NCBI GenBank assembly: GCA_963663865.1
Contig: OY760686.1
Coordinates: 608,001 to 672,000 of the forward strand
DNA: 64,000 nucleotides
Direction of reading: 5' to 3'
Source of the DNA: Spirochaetota bacterium
Lineage (GTDB): Bacteria > Spirochaetota > UBA4802 > UBA5550
Shown here one piece after another: positions 18,295 through 28,494 of this stretch. The stretch's first letter is position 1. Each line of letters opens with the position of its first letter. Below the pieces are notes generated by a model. It was not told where the DNA came from. It saw only the letters and a list, made by a program, of their open reading frames with translations, and ran no database searches. A program made the position numbers and the translations under genes.

Positions 18295-21200
18295 TGGAGA
18301 AAATACAGACAGTTGAAGAGCTTCAGGGGAGGAGCGCGGAGTTCCGCTCGGCGCTGTTCCCCGACTACCCGGTCTTTTCAGTGGGGATGGGGACCTGCGG
18401 AATCGGCAACGGCGCCGAACAGGTCCATGAGGCCATTGGCAGGGAGATCAAGTCGCAGGGCACGCGGATAGGCCTGAAGGTAACAGGGTGCTTCGGCTAC
18501 TGCGCCGGAGAGACACTCGTCAACCTGTACATGCCGGGCCAGCCGCTTGTGATATTCAGCAAAGTTAAGCCCAGGGATGCCGCGGGACTTGTAAAGTATG
18601 TCCTTAAGGGCGATGTCCCTGCAGGAAGGGCGTTCTGCAAAGTCGAGGACTGGGACTTTGTTACCTCGCGGCACAGCTTCGGAACCGGCTATGATAAAAT
18701 CCCCATGTGGAATGAGGTCCCCTTTTTCAAGGGTCAGAAGAAGTTCGTTTTGCGCGATGCCGGCATTATAGATCCGGAGAGCATTGAGGAGTACATCGCC
18801 GTCGGCGGCTACGGGGCCCTCGGAAAAGCACTCGGAGAGATGGGACCTGACAATGTAATAGACACTGTCAACAGGTCAAAACTCCGCGGTCGGGGCGGAG
18901 CGGGTTTTCCGACCGGATTCAAGTGGAAGCTTATGAAAAAGCAGGAGGCCCCCAAAAAGTATGTTGTCTGCAATGCCGACGAAGGGGACCCCGGCGCATA
19001 CATGAACCGCAACGAGATTGAAAGCGACCCTCACGCTCTGCTTGAGGGCATGGCCATCGGTGCTTATGCCATGGGCTCCGACGAGGGCCTTGTCTACGTC
19101 AGGGCCGAATATCCCCTCGCGGTTAAAAGGCTTACCAGAGCGATAGATGAGGCCCGCGCGGCCGGACTTCTCGGCGAAAATATACTTGGTTCAGGGTTCT
19201 CGTTTGACGTGAGCGTAATTGAGGGGGCCGGGGCCTTTGTCTGCGGAGAGGAAACCGCGCTTATCTCATCGGTTGAAGGCCGCGCGGGCCGTGCCTTACC
19301 GCGTCCGCCATATCCCGCGGAAAAGGGGTTAAACGGCTGCCCTACCAACATAAACAATGTTGAGACGTGGATCAATGTGCCCGCTATTATCAGCGCCGGC
19401 CCGGAGAACTTCGCGTCAATCGGCACGGAGAAGAGCCCCGGGACAAAGGTCTTCTCGCTTGTCGGGAAGGTGAAGAACACGGGGCTTGTTGAGCTTCCTC
19501 TCGGAACCAGACTGATCGACATAGTCTACTCGATGGGAGGGGGAACGGGAAGCCGCAAGAAGATCAAGGCCGTCCAGACAGGAGGGCCGTCGGGAGGCTG
19601 CATACCCGCCTTTCAATTTGACACGCCTGTCGATTATGAGTCGCTTAACGCGCTGGGCGCCATCATGGGGTCGGGCGGTATGGTCGTAATGGACCAGGAC
19701 AACTGTATGGTTGATGTCGCCCGCTACTTTGTCGAATTCACCCACTCAGAGTCATGCGGCCGCTGCACTCCCTGCCGTGAGGGGCTTTCCCAGATGCTCG
19801 AGATACTGAACAGGATAACAAAGGGACGGGGAAGGTCTTCAGACCTTGCCACGCTTGAGAAGCTTGGGGGCGTCATAAAGGATTCGTCGCTCTGCGGCCT
19901 GGGGCAGACGAGCGCAAACCCGGTGCTCACCACGCTCAGATACTTCCGAAACGAATACGAGGAGCACATTGACAGCGGGCGCTGTTCATCAGGGGTCTGC
20001 GAAGACTTGTTCCTTGCGCTGTGTGAGAACAGCTGTCCGATGCACATGAATATTCCGGGGTATCTGCAGCTGCTGAAAGAAGGACGCCTTGAAGAGGCCT
20101 TTGAACTCACTCTGCGCGACAATCCGCTTCCGGGCACCGTGGGGCGAATATGCTACTTCCACTGCAAGATGCAGTGCAGACGCGAGGCAGTGGACGAGCC
20201 CGTATCACAGGGCGAGATTCACCGCTACCTTGCGGATACAATGTATAAGATGGGAAAGGAGAAGGCGGTCTACCGCAGGCTCGTGAAGGAAAAGCTGCCT
20301 CCGACCGGAAAGAGGATCGCCATTATCGGAGCCGGGCCGAGCGGCCTTGCCGCGTCATTTTACCTTGCCCGCCTGGGGCACGATGTGACGGTCTACGACA
20401 GGCACGCTAAACCCGGCGGGATTCTCAGATACGGAATACCGGCGTACCGTCTTCCAAAAGACGTTCTGGATAAGGAGCTCCAGGTTTTCAGGAGCCTTGG
20501 AGTAAAGTTCGAGATGAATACTGATGCCGGAAAGACAATCGGCTATGACAGGCTTCTGTCGGACAACGATGCGATTTTTGCCGCGGTCGGGGCGCAGAAG
20601 GACATTATGCCTGGGATTGAGGGCGAAGACCTCAAGGGTGTCTATCCCGGATATGAGTTTCTTGAGGATTTCGCCATGGGAAAGGTTAAGAAACCGGGCA
20701 AAAAGGCGCTGGTCATCGGCGGCGGAAATGTTGCCGTAGACGCGGCGCGTACGCTTCTGAGACTGGGGACCGAAGTCACAATCGTTTACAGACGCGACAG
20801 AAATGAGATGCCGGCCAATGAGCATGAGATACTTGATGCTGAAGCCGAGAAGGTCAGGTTCATGTTTATGAGGGCCCCTCTAAGAATTCTGGGGGATGAT
20901 GGGGGCCGTGTCAGGGCGCTCGAAGTGGAGAAGATTAGATTCGAGGGATACGATATTTACGGACGTAAGAAGCCCGTCTGCTGCGGTGAGACGGAAGTCA
21001 TTAAATGCGACATGATCGTTCTGGCCGTCGGTGAGAGAGTGCACTTTGAGCAGGCCGATGAGCTTGGTGTTAAAGTCAGAAAGAACGGTTCGATAGACGC
21101 GGACCCGATTTCATTCAGAACGTCTCATCCCCGGATATATGCGGGTGGAGACGCTGTCAGCGGTCCCGCAACTGTTTCGGAGGCGATGGGGATGGCCGTG

Positions 21201-21482
21201 AGGGCGGCACAGTCAATTGACTTTGACCTGATGAAGGAACACCGTTTCGGAAAGCTTTACAGAGAGTTTGACTACAAAAACGAGGCCCCCTTGAAGCCTG
21301 AGGGCGGACGGCAGAGCAGGCCTAAGCCGCTTCCGGTCAAAGAACGAGTAAACAACTTCCAGGAGGTGTTGCCGGGCTATACGGGAGAGCAGGCACTTCT
21401 TGAGGCGGTGAGATGCCTCAGGTGCGATGTGAAGGACTGCGGAGTACAAAACAGGCCCGGGGAGGTTAAGCATGTCAGATAA
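18291..21482 (+). CDS. hydB: [FeFe]-hydrogenase beta subunit (NuoF-like) fused to GltD/NfnB-like FAD/NAD(P)H domain
   Basis: LRGRGGAGFPTG, CNADEGDPG, GAFVCGEE, ESCGRCTPCREG; then CENSCP, GRICY..C...C.R, GAGPSG, GGGNVAVD..YRR, AGGD, RCLRCD. Confidence 0.9.
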   Translation: MMEKIQTVEELQGRSAEFRSALFPDYPVFSVGMGTCGIGNGAEQVHEAIGREIKSQGTRIGLKVTGCFGYCAGETLVNLYMPGQPLVIFSKVKPRDAAGLVKYVLKGDVPAGRAFCKVEDWDFVTSRHSFGTGYDKIPMWNEVPFFKGQKKFVLRDAGIIDPESIEEYIAVGGYGALGKALGEMGPDNVIDTVNRSKLRGRGGAGFPTGFKWKLMKKQEAPKKYVVCNADEGDPGAYMNRNEIESDPHALLEGMAIGAYAMGSDEGLVYVRAEYPLAVKRLTRAIDEARAAGLLGENILGSGFSFDVSVIEGAGAFVCGEETALISSVEGRAGRALPRPPYPAEKGLNGCPTNINNVETWINVPAIISAGPENFASIGTEKSPGTKVFSLVGKVKNTGLVELPLGTRLIDIVYSMGGGTGSRKKIKAVQTGGPSGGCIPAFQFDTPVDYESLNALGAIMGSGGMVVMDQDNCMVDVARYFVEFTHSESCGRCTPCREGLSQMLEILNRITKGRGRSSDLATLEKLGGVIKDSSLCGLGQTSANPVLTTLRYFRNEYEEHIDSGRCSSGVCEDLFLALCENSCPMHMNIPGYLQLLKEGRLEEAFELTLRDNPLPGTVGRICYFHCKMQCRREAVDEPVSQGEIHRYLADTMYKMGKEKAVYRRLVKEKLPPTGKRIAIIGAGPSGLAASFYLARLGHDVTVYDRHAKPGGILRYGIPAYRLPKDVLDKELQVFRSLGVKFEMNTDAGKTIGYDRLLSDNDAIFAAVGAQKDIMPGIEGEDLKGVYPGYEFLEDFAMGKVKKPGKKALVIGGGNVAVDAARTLLRLGTEVTIVYRRDRNEMPANEHEILDAEAEKVRFMFMRAPLRILGDDGGRVRALEVEKIRFEGYDIYGRKKPVCCGETEVIKCDMIVLAVGERVHFEQADELGVKVRKNGSIDADPISFRTSHPRIYAGGDAVSGPATVSEAMGMAVRAAQSIDFDLMKEHRFGKLYREFDYKNEAPLKPEGGRQSRPKPLPVKERVNNFQEVLPGYTGEQALLEAVRCLRCDVKDCGVQNRPGEVKHVR

Positions 21483-23244
21483 GGTGAACATTACAATAAA
21501 CGGAATATCCTGCTCAGCCGGCAGGGAAGCCACAATACTTGAGGCCTGCCGTGAGGCGGGAATTGAGGTCCCTACACTTTGCTTTATGGAGGATGTGGCT
21601 TCTAACGCCTCCTGCGGTGTCTGCGTTGTTGAGGTCAAAAACGCAAAATCTCTTGTGAGGTCATGTGTCACAAAGGTCTCAGAGAACATGGAGATAATGA
21701 CAAACACGGAGAGGGTCCGCACGGCGAGAAAGACAAACGTGGAGCTTCTGCTGGCCAACCATCCCAAGGACTGCCTTACCTGTATGAGGAATCAGAACTG
21801 CGAGCTTCAGACGATTGCCTCAGACCTTGGCATTAAGGAGACATCGTTTGTCCCGACACGCGGGGTCTACGAGTTTGACGAGACATCCCCTTCAATCATA
21901 CGCGATCCAAACAAGTGCATACTCTGCGGCCGCTGCGTTGAGGTCTGCTCCCAGGTACAGACGGTGCACGCCATCAACCTGTCGGGGCGGGGGGCCAAAT
22001 CGAAGGTGTCGACCTTCATGGAAAGGGGGCTTGGCAATATTGCCTGCACAAACTGCGGTCAGTGCGCCCTTGTATGCCCTACCGGAGCTATCGTCGAGCG
22101 CGATGACACCGAAGAGGTCTTCAGGCACATCATGGACCCGAAAAAGGTCGTGATCGTGCAGACCGCGCCTGCCATCAGGGTCGGCATCGGCGAGGCGATG
22201 GGCATGGGGCCGGGGGCGCTCGTCACGGGGCAGATGGTTGCCGGGCTCAGAAGGCTCGGATTTGACCGCGTATTCGATACCGATTTCGCCGCCGACCTGA
22301 CAATAATGGAAGAAGGAAACGAGCTTATCCGGCGCATAAAGGGTAAGGGCGTTCTGCCTATGATAACATCGTGTTCGCCGGGCTGGATAAAGTTTGCCGA
22401 GCACTTTTTTCCCGGTCAGCTTGAGCACCTGTCGACCTGCAAGTCTCCGCAGCAGATGTTCGGTGCTGTCGCCAAGACCTACTACGCGGAGAAGGCGGGG
22501 ATAGACCCGCGCCGCATGGTTGTTGTCTCTGTCATGCCGTGCACGGCAAAGAAGTACGAGGCGAAACGCCCCGAGATGCTGGGAGCGTTTGAGTACTGGC
22601 AGTCGAAAGAAGGCTTCGGGGGCGATGATGTCTTCTACGACATTGACTGTGTTTTAACCACAAGGGAGCTGGCGCGCATGTTTAAAGAAGCCGGCATCCG
22701 CTTTGACAGCCTTCCGGAAGAGAACTTCGACAGCCCGCTTGGTGAGTCAACCGGGGCGGCGGTAATTTTCGGCGCGACCGGCGGCGTCATGGAGGCGGCC
22801 GTCAGGACTGCTTATGAGGCCGTGACGGGCGAGGCCCTTCCAGGGATTGAGCTCAGGGCGGTGCGGGGCTTTCAGGGTATACGGGAGGCCGAGCTTGACC
22901 TTGCCGGAACGAAGATAAAGGTCGCGGTTGCTCACACTCTCGGAAATGCCCGCGTACTGCTTGAGCAGATTGAAAGGGGCGAGTCTCCTTACACGTTTAT
23001 CGAGGTCATGACCTGCCCGGGAGGATGTCTGGGCGGAGGCGGACAGCCCATTCCTACGACCTGGGCTGTCAGGCAGAAGAGGGCCGAATCCATTTACCGC
23101 GAAGACAGCGGAAAGGCGATACGCAAGTCTCACGAAAACCCGGAGATCAAGGCGCTCTACGATGAGTTCCTGAAGGAGCCTCTGGGCGAGAGGTCTCACA
23201 GCCTTCTTCACACAGAATACACTAAGCGCGGCGTCTACGTTTAG
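21472..23244 (+). CDS. hydA: [FeFe]-hydrogenase catalytic subunit, group A
   Basis: H-cluster motifs TSCSPGW, MPCTAKKYE, EVMTCPGGCLGGGGQP; N-terminal 2Fe-2S, His-ligated and 2[4Fe-4S] motifs. Confidence 0.96.
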   Translation: MSDKVNITINGISCSAGREATILEACREAGIEVPTLCFMEDVASNASCGVCVVEVKNAKSLVRSCVTKVSENMEIMTNTERVRTARKTNVELLLANHPKDCLTCMRNQNCELQTIASDLGIKETSFVPTRGVYEFDETSPSIIRDPNKCILCGRCVEVCSQVQTVHAINLSGRGAKSKVSTFMERGLGNIACTNCGQCALVCPTGAIVERDDTEEVFRHIMDPKKVVIVQTAPAIRVGIGEAMGMGPGALVTGQMVAGLRRLGFDRVFDTDFAADLTIMEEGNELIRRIKGKGVLPMITSCSPGWIKFAEHFFPGQLEHLSTCKSPQQMFGAVAKTYYAEKAGIDPRRMVVVSVMPCTAKKYEAKRPEMLGAFEYWQSKEGFGGDDVFYDIDCVLTTRELARMFKEAGIRFDSLPEENFDSPLGESTGAAVIFGATGGVMEAAVRTAYEAVTGEALPGIELRAVRGFQGIREAELDLAGTKIKVAVAHTLGNARVLLEQIERGESPYTFIEVMTCPGGCLGGGGQPIPTTWAVRQKRAESIYREDSGKAIRKSHENPEIKALYDEFLKEPLGERSHSLLHTEYTKRGVYV

Positions 23245-23385
23245 GTCAGCCGGATTACAGGCGGGGCGCCGCGTTCGGTGTCCCCGCAAAATAGAATTTG
23301 AAAACCCTGCTAAAAAGTACTTGAAAACAGCCGGAAAAAACCTGACCAGTTAAATGCTGTATTAACAAAATCGGAAGGACGCTTG

Positions 23386-23805
23386 ATGGAACACGATGTG
23401 AGATGGATGCAAAGGTTTTCAAATTTCAGTCGGGCATTTATGCTTCTTCGGGAGGTCCTTGATTCAACCGACGATGTACTCTCTCTTGAAGCCATTGTTA
23501 AGGAAGGGATAATTCAGCGGTTTGAATACACTTTTGAACTTGCCTGGAACACGCTTAAAGACAAAATGATTGCAGATGGCCTGTTGATTGAAAGGGTATC
23601 TCCGAAATATGTTTTTAAGGCTGCCTACCAGGGCAGATACATTGAAGAAGTTGAAATATGGATAGAAATGGCAAATGACAGAAACCTCATGAGCCATACC
23701 TATGACTTCGCCAAATTTGACGAAGTGGTCGTGAAGCTGAAGGAAAGATATCTGTCGCTTTTAAATAGTCTATACAGCTATTTTAACTCGGAACTGGAAA
23801 AATGA
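23386..23805 (+). CDS. HEPN-like nucleotidyltransferase substrate-binding protein (HI0074 family)
   Basis: GIIQRFEYTFELAW, RNLMSHTY (Rx4H). Confidence 0.9.
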   Translation: MEHDVRWMQRFSNFSRAFMLLREVLDSTDDVLSLEAIVKEGIIQRFEYTFELAWNTLKDKMIADGLLIERVSPKYVFKAAYQGRYIEEVEIWIEMANDRNLMSHTYDFAKFDEVVVKLKERYLSLLNSLYSYFNSELEK

Positions 23806-24110
23806 GTTTCGGCCTGTCAGAGAAGAATGAGGATATCCTGAAAAGAATTCTGTCGAGGAATATAGCCTCAGGGCAGGTCATTGTGTACGGCTCAAGGGCG
23901 AAGGGAAACTTCACTGAAAGGAGCGATATCGACCTCGTTATAAAGGGAAGCGGAAGAATTGATGACCAGATTATCGCTGAGATAAAAGAAGAGATTGATG
24001 AATCTGATTTTCCGTATCTCGCCGATGTTCAGTACTATGAAAGCATTAAGAACCCCTCGCTCGTAGAGCATATTGACAGGGCCGGGAAGCTTCTTCTCAA
24101 GATTAGCTGA
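23802..24110 (+). CDS. Minimal nucleotidyltransferase (MNT)
   Basis: YGSRAKG....SDIDL; overlaps the HEPN gene. Confidence 0.9.
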   Translation: MSFGLSEKNEDILKRILSRNIASGQVIVYGSRAKGNFTERSDIDLVIKGSGRIDDQIIAEIKEEIDESDFPYLADVQYYESIKNPSLVEHIDRAGKLLLKIS

Positions 24111-24256
24111 ATATCCCCCCCCCCCAATAATAGACAAAAAACCAATAATCCGCTTTTTTTTACGTCTTATCCTGCAAGGAGGGACGATTTTGCTCCTCTC
24201 AGGTGTTACATTAATAGGATGATATGATGCCGACCTTCCGGTAAATTTTTTTTAAG

Positions 24257-24754
24257 GTGCTGCTGATGCGAAAGGAATCACTCCAGTTCAACGAAAACAT
24301 GATATATCTGTGGAACAGGGTAGGAGGCGAGGTGGAAAGGATTGCCGACTGTCTGCAGGGAGAAAAAAATCTCCTTTACGGGCTCTTTGATAAGGAGAGG
24401 ATTTGCACTGAGCTCAAGAATCTCGCGATGTTCCATATCCTGTCTGAATACCGCGACTATGTGAGGGAAAGCAAAGCCGCGGACACGGGAATCATGGCGG
24501 GTGATGAGCTGTTCAGGCCCGGGAGCTCCGGGTTCTCATCGCTGAAAACGGCCTTTGAGAAGGGAAATCCCCCGGGGGAGAGCGGGCTTTGCGCCGCTGC
24601 GATTCAGAGGCTTAACGAGGAGAAGATGTTTCCCGATGAATTTCTGGATGAGGAAATCGGCCGCATTGAATTGTACTCTTTCTTCCTGAAGGGATACATC
24701 AGAAGCTTCATTGAAAGGTATTCGTGTCTTTCAGATGATGACGCCCCTCTCTGA
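24257..24754 (+). CDS. Hypothetical protein
   Basis: 165-aa ORF filling the gap; no motif recognised. Confidence 0.55.
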   Translation: MLLMRKESLQFNENMIYLWNRVGGEVERIADCLQGEKNLLYGLFDKERICTELKNLAMFHILSEYRDYVRESKAADTGIMAGDELFRPGSSGFSSLKTAFEKGNPPGESGLCAAAIQRLNEEKMFPDEFLDEEIGRIELYSFFLKGYIRSFIERYSCLSDDDAPL

Positions 24755-24898
24755 TGGACAAAGAAGACCAGATCATTAAACTACCCGCATTGGCGGCCGC
24801 TTGCCGCCCCGCGCAAAGGACCCTGAGGGCCTGGTGAAACCCGCAGCGCGGAAGATAAATGGCGTCCGTGACGCCTGATAAAGGAAATTGAACTTTTT

Positions 24899-25789
24899 AT
24901 GAGAAAATTACTGATTGCTTGTGCCCTTCTGTGCGCGGCGTTATCGCAGGCCTTCGCCGGAGAAAAAAGACCCAATCACTTTTACGAGTTCGATTTTGGA
25001 GTAAGGGACGGGGGATATGCTGAGCGTAATTACGGCATCTCTCTGTTCGACAGCTACGGGAACGACGGACTGCGTTTTACAGACAGGGCGAGTCTCAAAA
25101 CCGTACGAAACGGCGGTGAGTCCATGATAGAGCGATATGATGCAATGGCCCTGATGCTGGGGCTGAAGGCTGGTAACAATTCGTTTATGACCGCGCTCAG
25201 GGCCGCCAGCGAAAGAAGGGAAGACCTGTTCAGGGACTCCTATTATCTTCTGGGATGGAACTATACGATCAAGATCAGCTCTGATTTCACGGTTGAACCG
25301 GGCATACTGCTTTCCAATGAGTTCAGCTACTGGGACTATTTCGGATTCAACGAAGATATTCCGGGAATCATTCCTCTGGTGTCGCTGACATGGATGAAGC
25401 CCCGCTATGTCGTAAAGGTGGGGGCGTTCAACATGTTCCACTACAGGACTTCCGGGTTTGAATTTATGGTGAGATATATCCCCGTATATGAAGCGGCTGT
25501 TTCCCTGAAGTATAATCTGTCAAAGGGACTGTACCTTGAGGCGTTCGCAGATTCCCATCTCGACACGGTCAACACCTCTGAGATCGAGGAAGACAAGCTC
25601 TGTGTACTGACCGCGCGCACCGGTCTGAGAGCGGGCACTTACCTGAGCAGTAACATCGGTATCTCGGCTGATGGCGGTTATTCTCCTTTTCAGAGCGAAT
25701 GGGAGGGCGATTCGCTTGAGCAGAAAGGCGGGGTCAAGAGGCTCGACGGTTTATGGTTTGCTGACTTGAAGGTGTCGCTGTTCTTTTAA
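24899..25789 (+). CDS. Exported protein, probable outer-membrane beta-barrel
   Basis: Signal peptide (AFA), alternating beta-strands, C-terminal Phe. Confidence 0.65.
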   Translation: MRKLLIACALLCAALSQAFAGEKRPNHFYEFDFGVRDGGYAERNYGISLFDSYGNDGLRFTDRASLKTVRNGGESMIERYDAMALMLGLKAGNNSFMTALRAASERREDLFRDSYYLLGWNYTIKISSDFTVEPGILLSNEFSYWDYFGFNEDIPGIIPLVSLTWMKPRYVVKVGAFNMFHYRTSGFEFMVRYIPVYEAAVSLKYNLSKGLYLEAFADSHLDTVNTSEIEEDKLCVLTARTGLRAGTYLSSNIGISADGGYSPFQSEWEGDSLEQKGGVKRLDGLWFADLKVSLFF

Positions 25790-25976
25790 CCGGGAGCAGT
25801 GAGCTTTGTGTCTCGCTGGTACTAAAAAGTCCTTGCTTTCAACTCGCGTTCTAATATAATGCAAAAAATGTCCAAAGTGCGGCTGATTGGCCCATTCAGC
25901 AGAGTTCTTTAAACCCCCGGCCCTGTGCAGAAGCGCCTTTCTCCGGTCGTGCGGTTTTAATTCGGAGGATCGTGTT

Positions 25977-26768
25977 ATGAAAGTCACGGAGAGATTCCTG
26001 CTCAGTCTGTTTATCACATTTATCATGATATCTTTTTCTGCCGATGCGTTCGCGGAAACCCCTTCAGAGATGATCGATAACTTCTACACCGCCAGAAAGT
26101 TCATGCGCGGTACAATGCTTGAAATAATGGCATCAAAAGGTCTCTCGACTGCGGGAAGGAAAACCGCCTCGGAGATTCTTTACGACTATACAGTGGTGGA
26201 AACAGCTGAAGAACAGGGCTCTGCCGCTTATGCCGAGGTTGATGTGAAGTTCAGGTCAGTCGAAGAGGGCCTCAGAGACAGGACCGAGTTCTGGAAGCTT
26301 ACCAGGCAGGACGGAAGATGGATCATTGACAATGTTTACATCCCGCTTGACTGGCAGCTCCGCAGGGCTGTCAGGCCCGGAAGTTCGCTCAAAGAGAAGG
26401 TGGAGGCCGTGGCAGCCTTCAGATATCAGTATACAGTAGAGGACGTTCCACCCGGCCCGCCTCTGGTCAAATGCGCGGCATACATAAGGAGAATGGACAT
26501 AGGCAGGGCCTACTACTGGGCCGATGCCGCGGTGAGGCAGACCGGTTCAGCTGAGGCCTACTTTTACAGGGGAATTCTGGGTGCCGCGCTTGGAAGGTCA
26601 TCAGCGGGAATGCGGGACCTGATGACGGCAATCAGAAAAGACCGGCGATATTACTATGTCCTGATGCAGCTGGTTAACTCGTCCAAAGGCGGAGGCGGCA
26701 GCCGCGGCGGTTTCAGTCCTGAGAGTACTACGAGGATAATTCAGGGCGGTGTTGGAAGCCTGTTTTAA
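25977..26768 (+). CDS. Exported hypothetical protein with TPR-like C-terminus
   Basis: GGAGG then ATG 25977, signal peptide (AFA), AEAYFYRG motif. Confidence 0.65.
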   Translation: MKVTERFLLSLFITFIMISFSADAFAETPSEMIDNFYTARKFMRGTMLEIMASKGLSTAGRKTASEILYDYTVVETAEEQGSAAYAEVDVKFRSVEEGLRDRTEFWKLTRQDGRWIIDNVYIPLDWQLRRAVRPGSSLKEKVEAVAAFRYQYTVEDVPPGPPLVKCAAYIRRMDIGRAYYWADAAVRQTGSAEAYFYRGILGAALGRSSAGMRDLMTAIRKDRRYYYVLMQLVNSSKGGGGSRGGFSPESTTRIIQGGVGSLF

Positions 26769-26893
26769 CAGAGGGGGCCTGCACCGCAGGAACGATGGAA
26801 ATACCGCGGGGGACTGACGCGTTTTGCGCCGCCGGCGCTGAACAAAAGGCCTGTCGTGAGGTATATAGAACGTAAATTACAGAGAGGGCAGTC

Positions 26894-27499
26894 ATGACAA
26901 AGCTAAAACTTTTTAAGGTACTTTTCTTCGCGGGGATCGCGCTCATGGGTACCGCTGTATTCGTTGATTCTTTCAAGGTCGCGCTTTTATCGGACGCCAA
27001 GAGCAGCGAGAAACGATTGAAACAGGAACTGAAAGAGGCTTACGATGTGGAAGCACCCGACAGACCGCTTAACGAGGCCGATTATACTCTTGCCCCGGAA
27101 AAGCCCGGAGATGAGGCTTCAGAAGCGGAAAAGGCCGCCTACGAAAAGGCGTTAAAGGAACACGAGGGAAAAACAGAGGCCCTGAAAAAGAAATACGAGT
27201 CCGATCTTGAAAAGTATAAGGCTGATTACAGGGAGTATCAGAGAAAGCAGAAAGAGATGAACTTCAGGCAGACTCTTGACAGCCGCGTCAATAAAGACAG
27301 GGCAGAGGAAATCGATAAGAGCATTGAGTCCTATCAGCTCTGCGTCAACGAGTTCATATTCTCGTCGATATTGAGATTTTTTGGAATGCTCGTTTTCCTG
27401 ACGGGATCGCTTGGAGTACTGGTTCTCGGAGACAACTACGAGAGGCTTGGTGTACTGGCCGTGATAGGATTCGGCTTTAAGACCATACTCGGATTGTAG
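26894..27499 (+). CDS. Membrane protein with coiled-coil loop
   Basis: N-terminal TM, K/E-rich helix, two C-terminal TMs. Confidence 0.65.
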   Translation: MTKLKLFKVLFFAGIALMGTAVFVDSFKVALLSDAKSSEKRLKQELKEAYDVEAPDRPLNEADYTLAPEKPGDEASEAEKAAYEKALKEHEGKTEALKKKYESDLEKYKADYREYQRKQKEMNFRQTLDSRVNKDRAEEIDKSIESYQLCVNEFIFSSILRFFGMLVFLTGSLGVLVLGDNYERLGVLAVIGFGFKTILGL

Positions 27500-27555
27500 A
27501 TATTCCTACCTTGCTTTCCTGCTTTCTCCACGGGGCTTGAAGGAAGCAGGGCGCT

Positions 27556-27751
27556 TTTACTCCCCCCACGATGCTTGAAGTAGTGAGGTTGCTTCTGCAG
27601 CCCCCTCTTGAAAGAGGGGGAGGGAGGTAGCTCTGTGTGGTCATGCTTTTCAAGAGGGGGAGGGAGGTAGCTCTGTATGGTCATGCTTTTCAAGAGGGGG
27701 AGAGAGGAGGCTCTGTGTGGTCGTGCTTTTTAAGAGAGAGGAGGTCGGGGT
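27556..27751. repeat. Left repeat block: 67-bp unit plus 40-bp tandem repeats
   Basis: AAGAGGGGG at 27612, 27652, 27692 (variant 27732); hairpin CCCCCTCTT-GA-AAGAGGGGG. Confidence 0.92.
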
Positions 27752-27757
27752 TTAACT

Positions 27758-28126
27758 ATGACATTAATTTTTAACAGAACATCGACAAAGATCTATAGAC
27801 GACTTTTGCGTTCGAACATGACTGAAGCTGAAAAAGTGCTCTGGAAAGTGATTCGGAGGGATTCGCTTGGTGTCAGATTTAGACGACAGTATGGCATTGG
27901 CAAATTTATTGCTGATTTTTACTGTCCTTCCTTAAAACTGGTCATTGAGGTTGACGGCGGTGGCCATTTTACTGTCAGTGGTAAAAAGTATGACCGGGTA
28001 AGAACAGAATATATGAACTCTATTGGTATTGAGGTTATTCGTTATAAGAACCGTGATGTGCTTAATAACATGCAAAGTGTTATTGATAGCTTGCTGGATG
28101 TAATAGATAGATTGAAGAAAACGTGA
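27758..28126 (+). CDS. DUF559 / Vsr-like endonuclease domain protein
   Basis: LR.NMTEAE..LW, FRRQY.IG.FIADFYC..LKLVIEVDG..H, D..R. Confidence 0.92.
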   Translation: MTLIFNRTSTKIYRRLLRSNMTEAEKVLWKVIRRDSLGVRFRRQYGIGKFIADFYCPSLKLVIEVDGGGHFTVSGKKYDRVRTEYMNSIGIEVIRYKNRDVLNNMQSVIDSLLDVIDRLKKT

Positions 28127-28172
28127 CACTGGACTTGTCCGCTCCAGACGGTGCGGGAAGGAGCGAGGCGGC

Positions 28173-28411
28173 TTTACTCCCCCCACGGTGCTTGAAGTAG
28201 TGAGGTTGCTTTTGCAGCCCCCTCTTAAAAGAGGGGGAGGTACAGGGCTTTTTGTAATCGTGCTCTTGTAAGAGGGGGAGGTACAGGGCTTTTTGTAATC
28301 GTGCTCTTGTAAGAGGGGGAGGTACAGGGCCTTTTGTAATCGTGCTCTTAAAAGAGGGGGAGGTACGGGGCTTTGTGTGATCGTGCTTTTTCAAGAGGGG
28401 GAGAGACGGGG
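28173..28411. repeat. Right repeat block: 67-bp unit plus 41-bp tandem repeats
   Basis: 28173-28239 nearly identical to 27556-27622; AAGAGGGGG at 28229, 28270, 28311, 28352, 28393. Confidence 0.92.
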
Positions 28412-28494
28412 CTCTCCGTAAAAAAATCTTTGACATTTGCATTAAAACATCTTAACCATGCTGTTAAACAAGCTGCAATAAAGAGGTGTGTTCT

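Noticed and set aside
24116-24126. Poly-C tract as phase-variation switch
   Set aside because: Intergenic after a stop codon, with no evident promoter spacing role.
27612-28411. CRISPR array
   Set aside because: Linkers are near-identical rather than unique spacers, and no cas genes are present.
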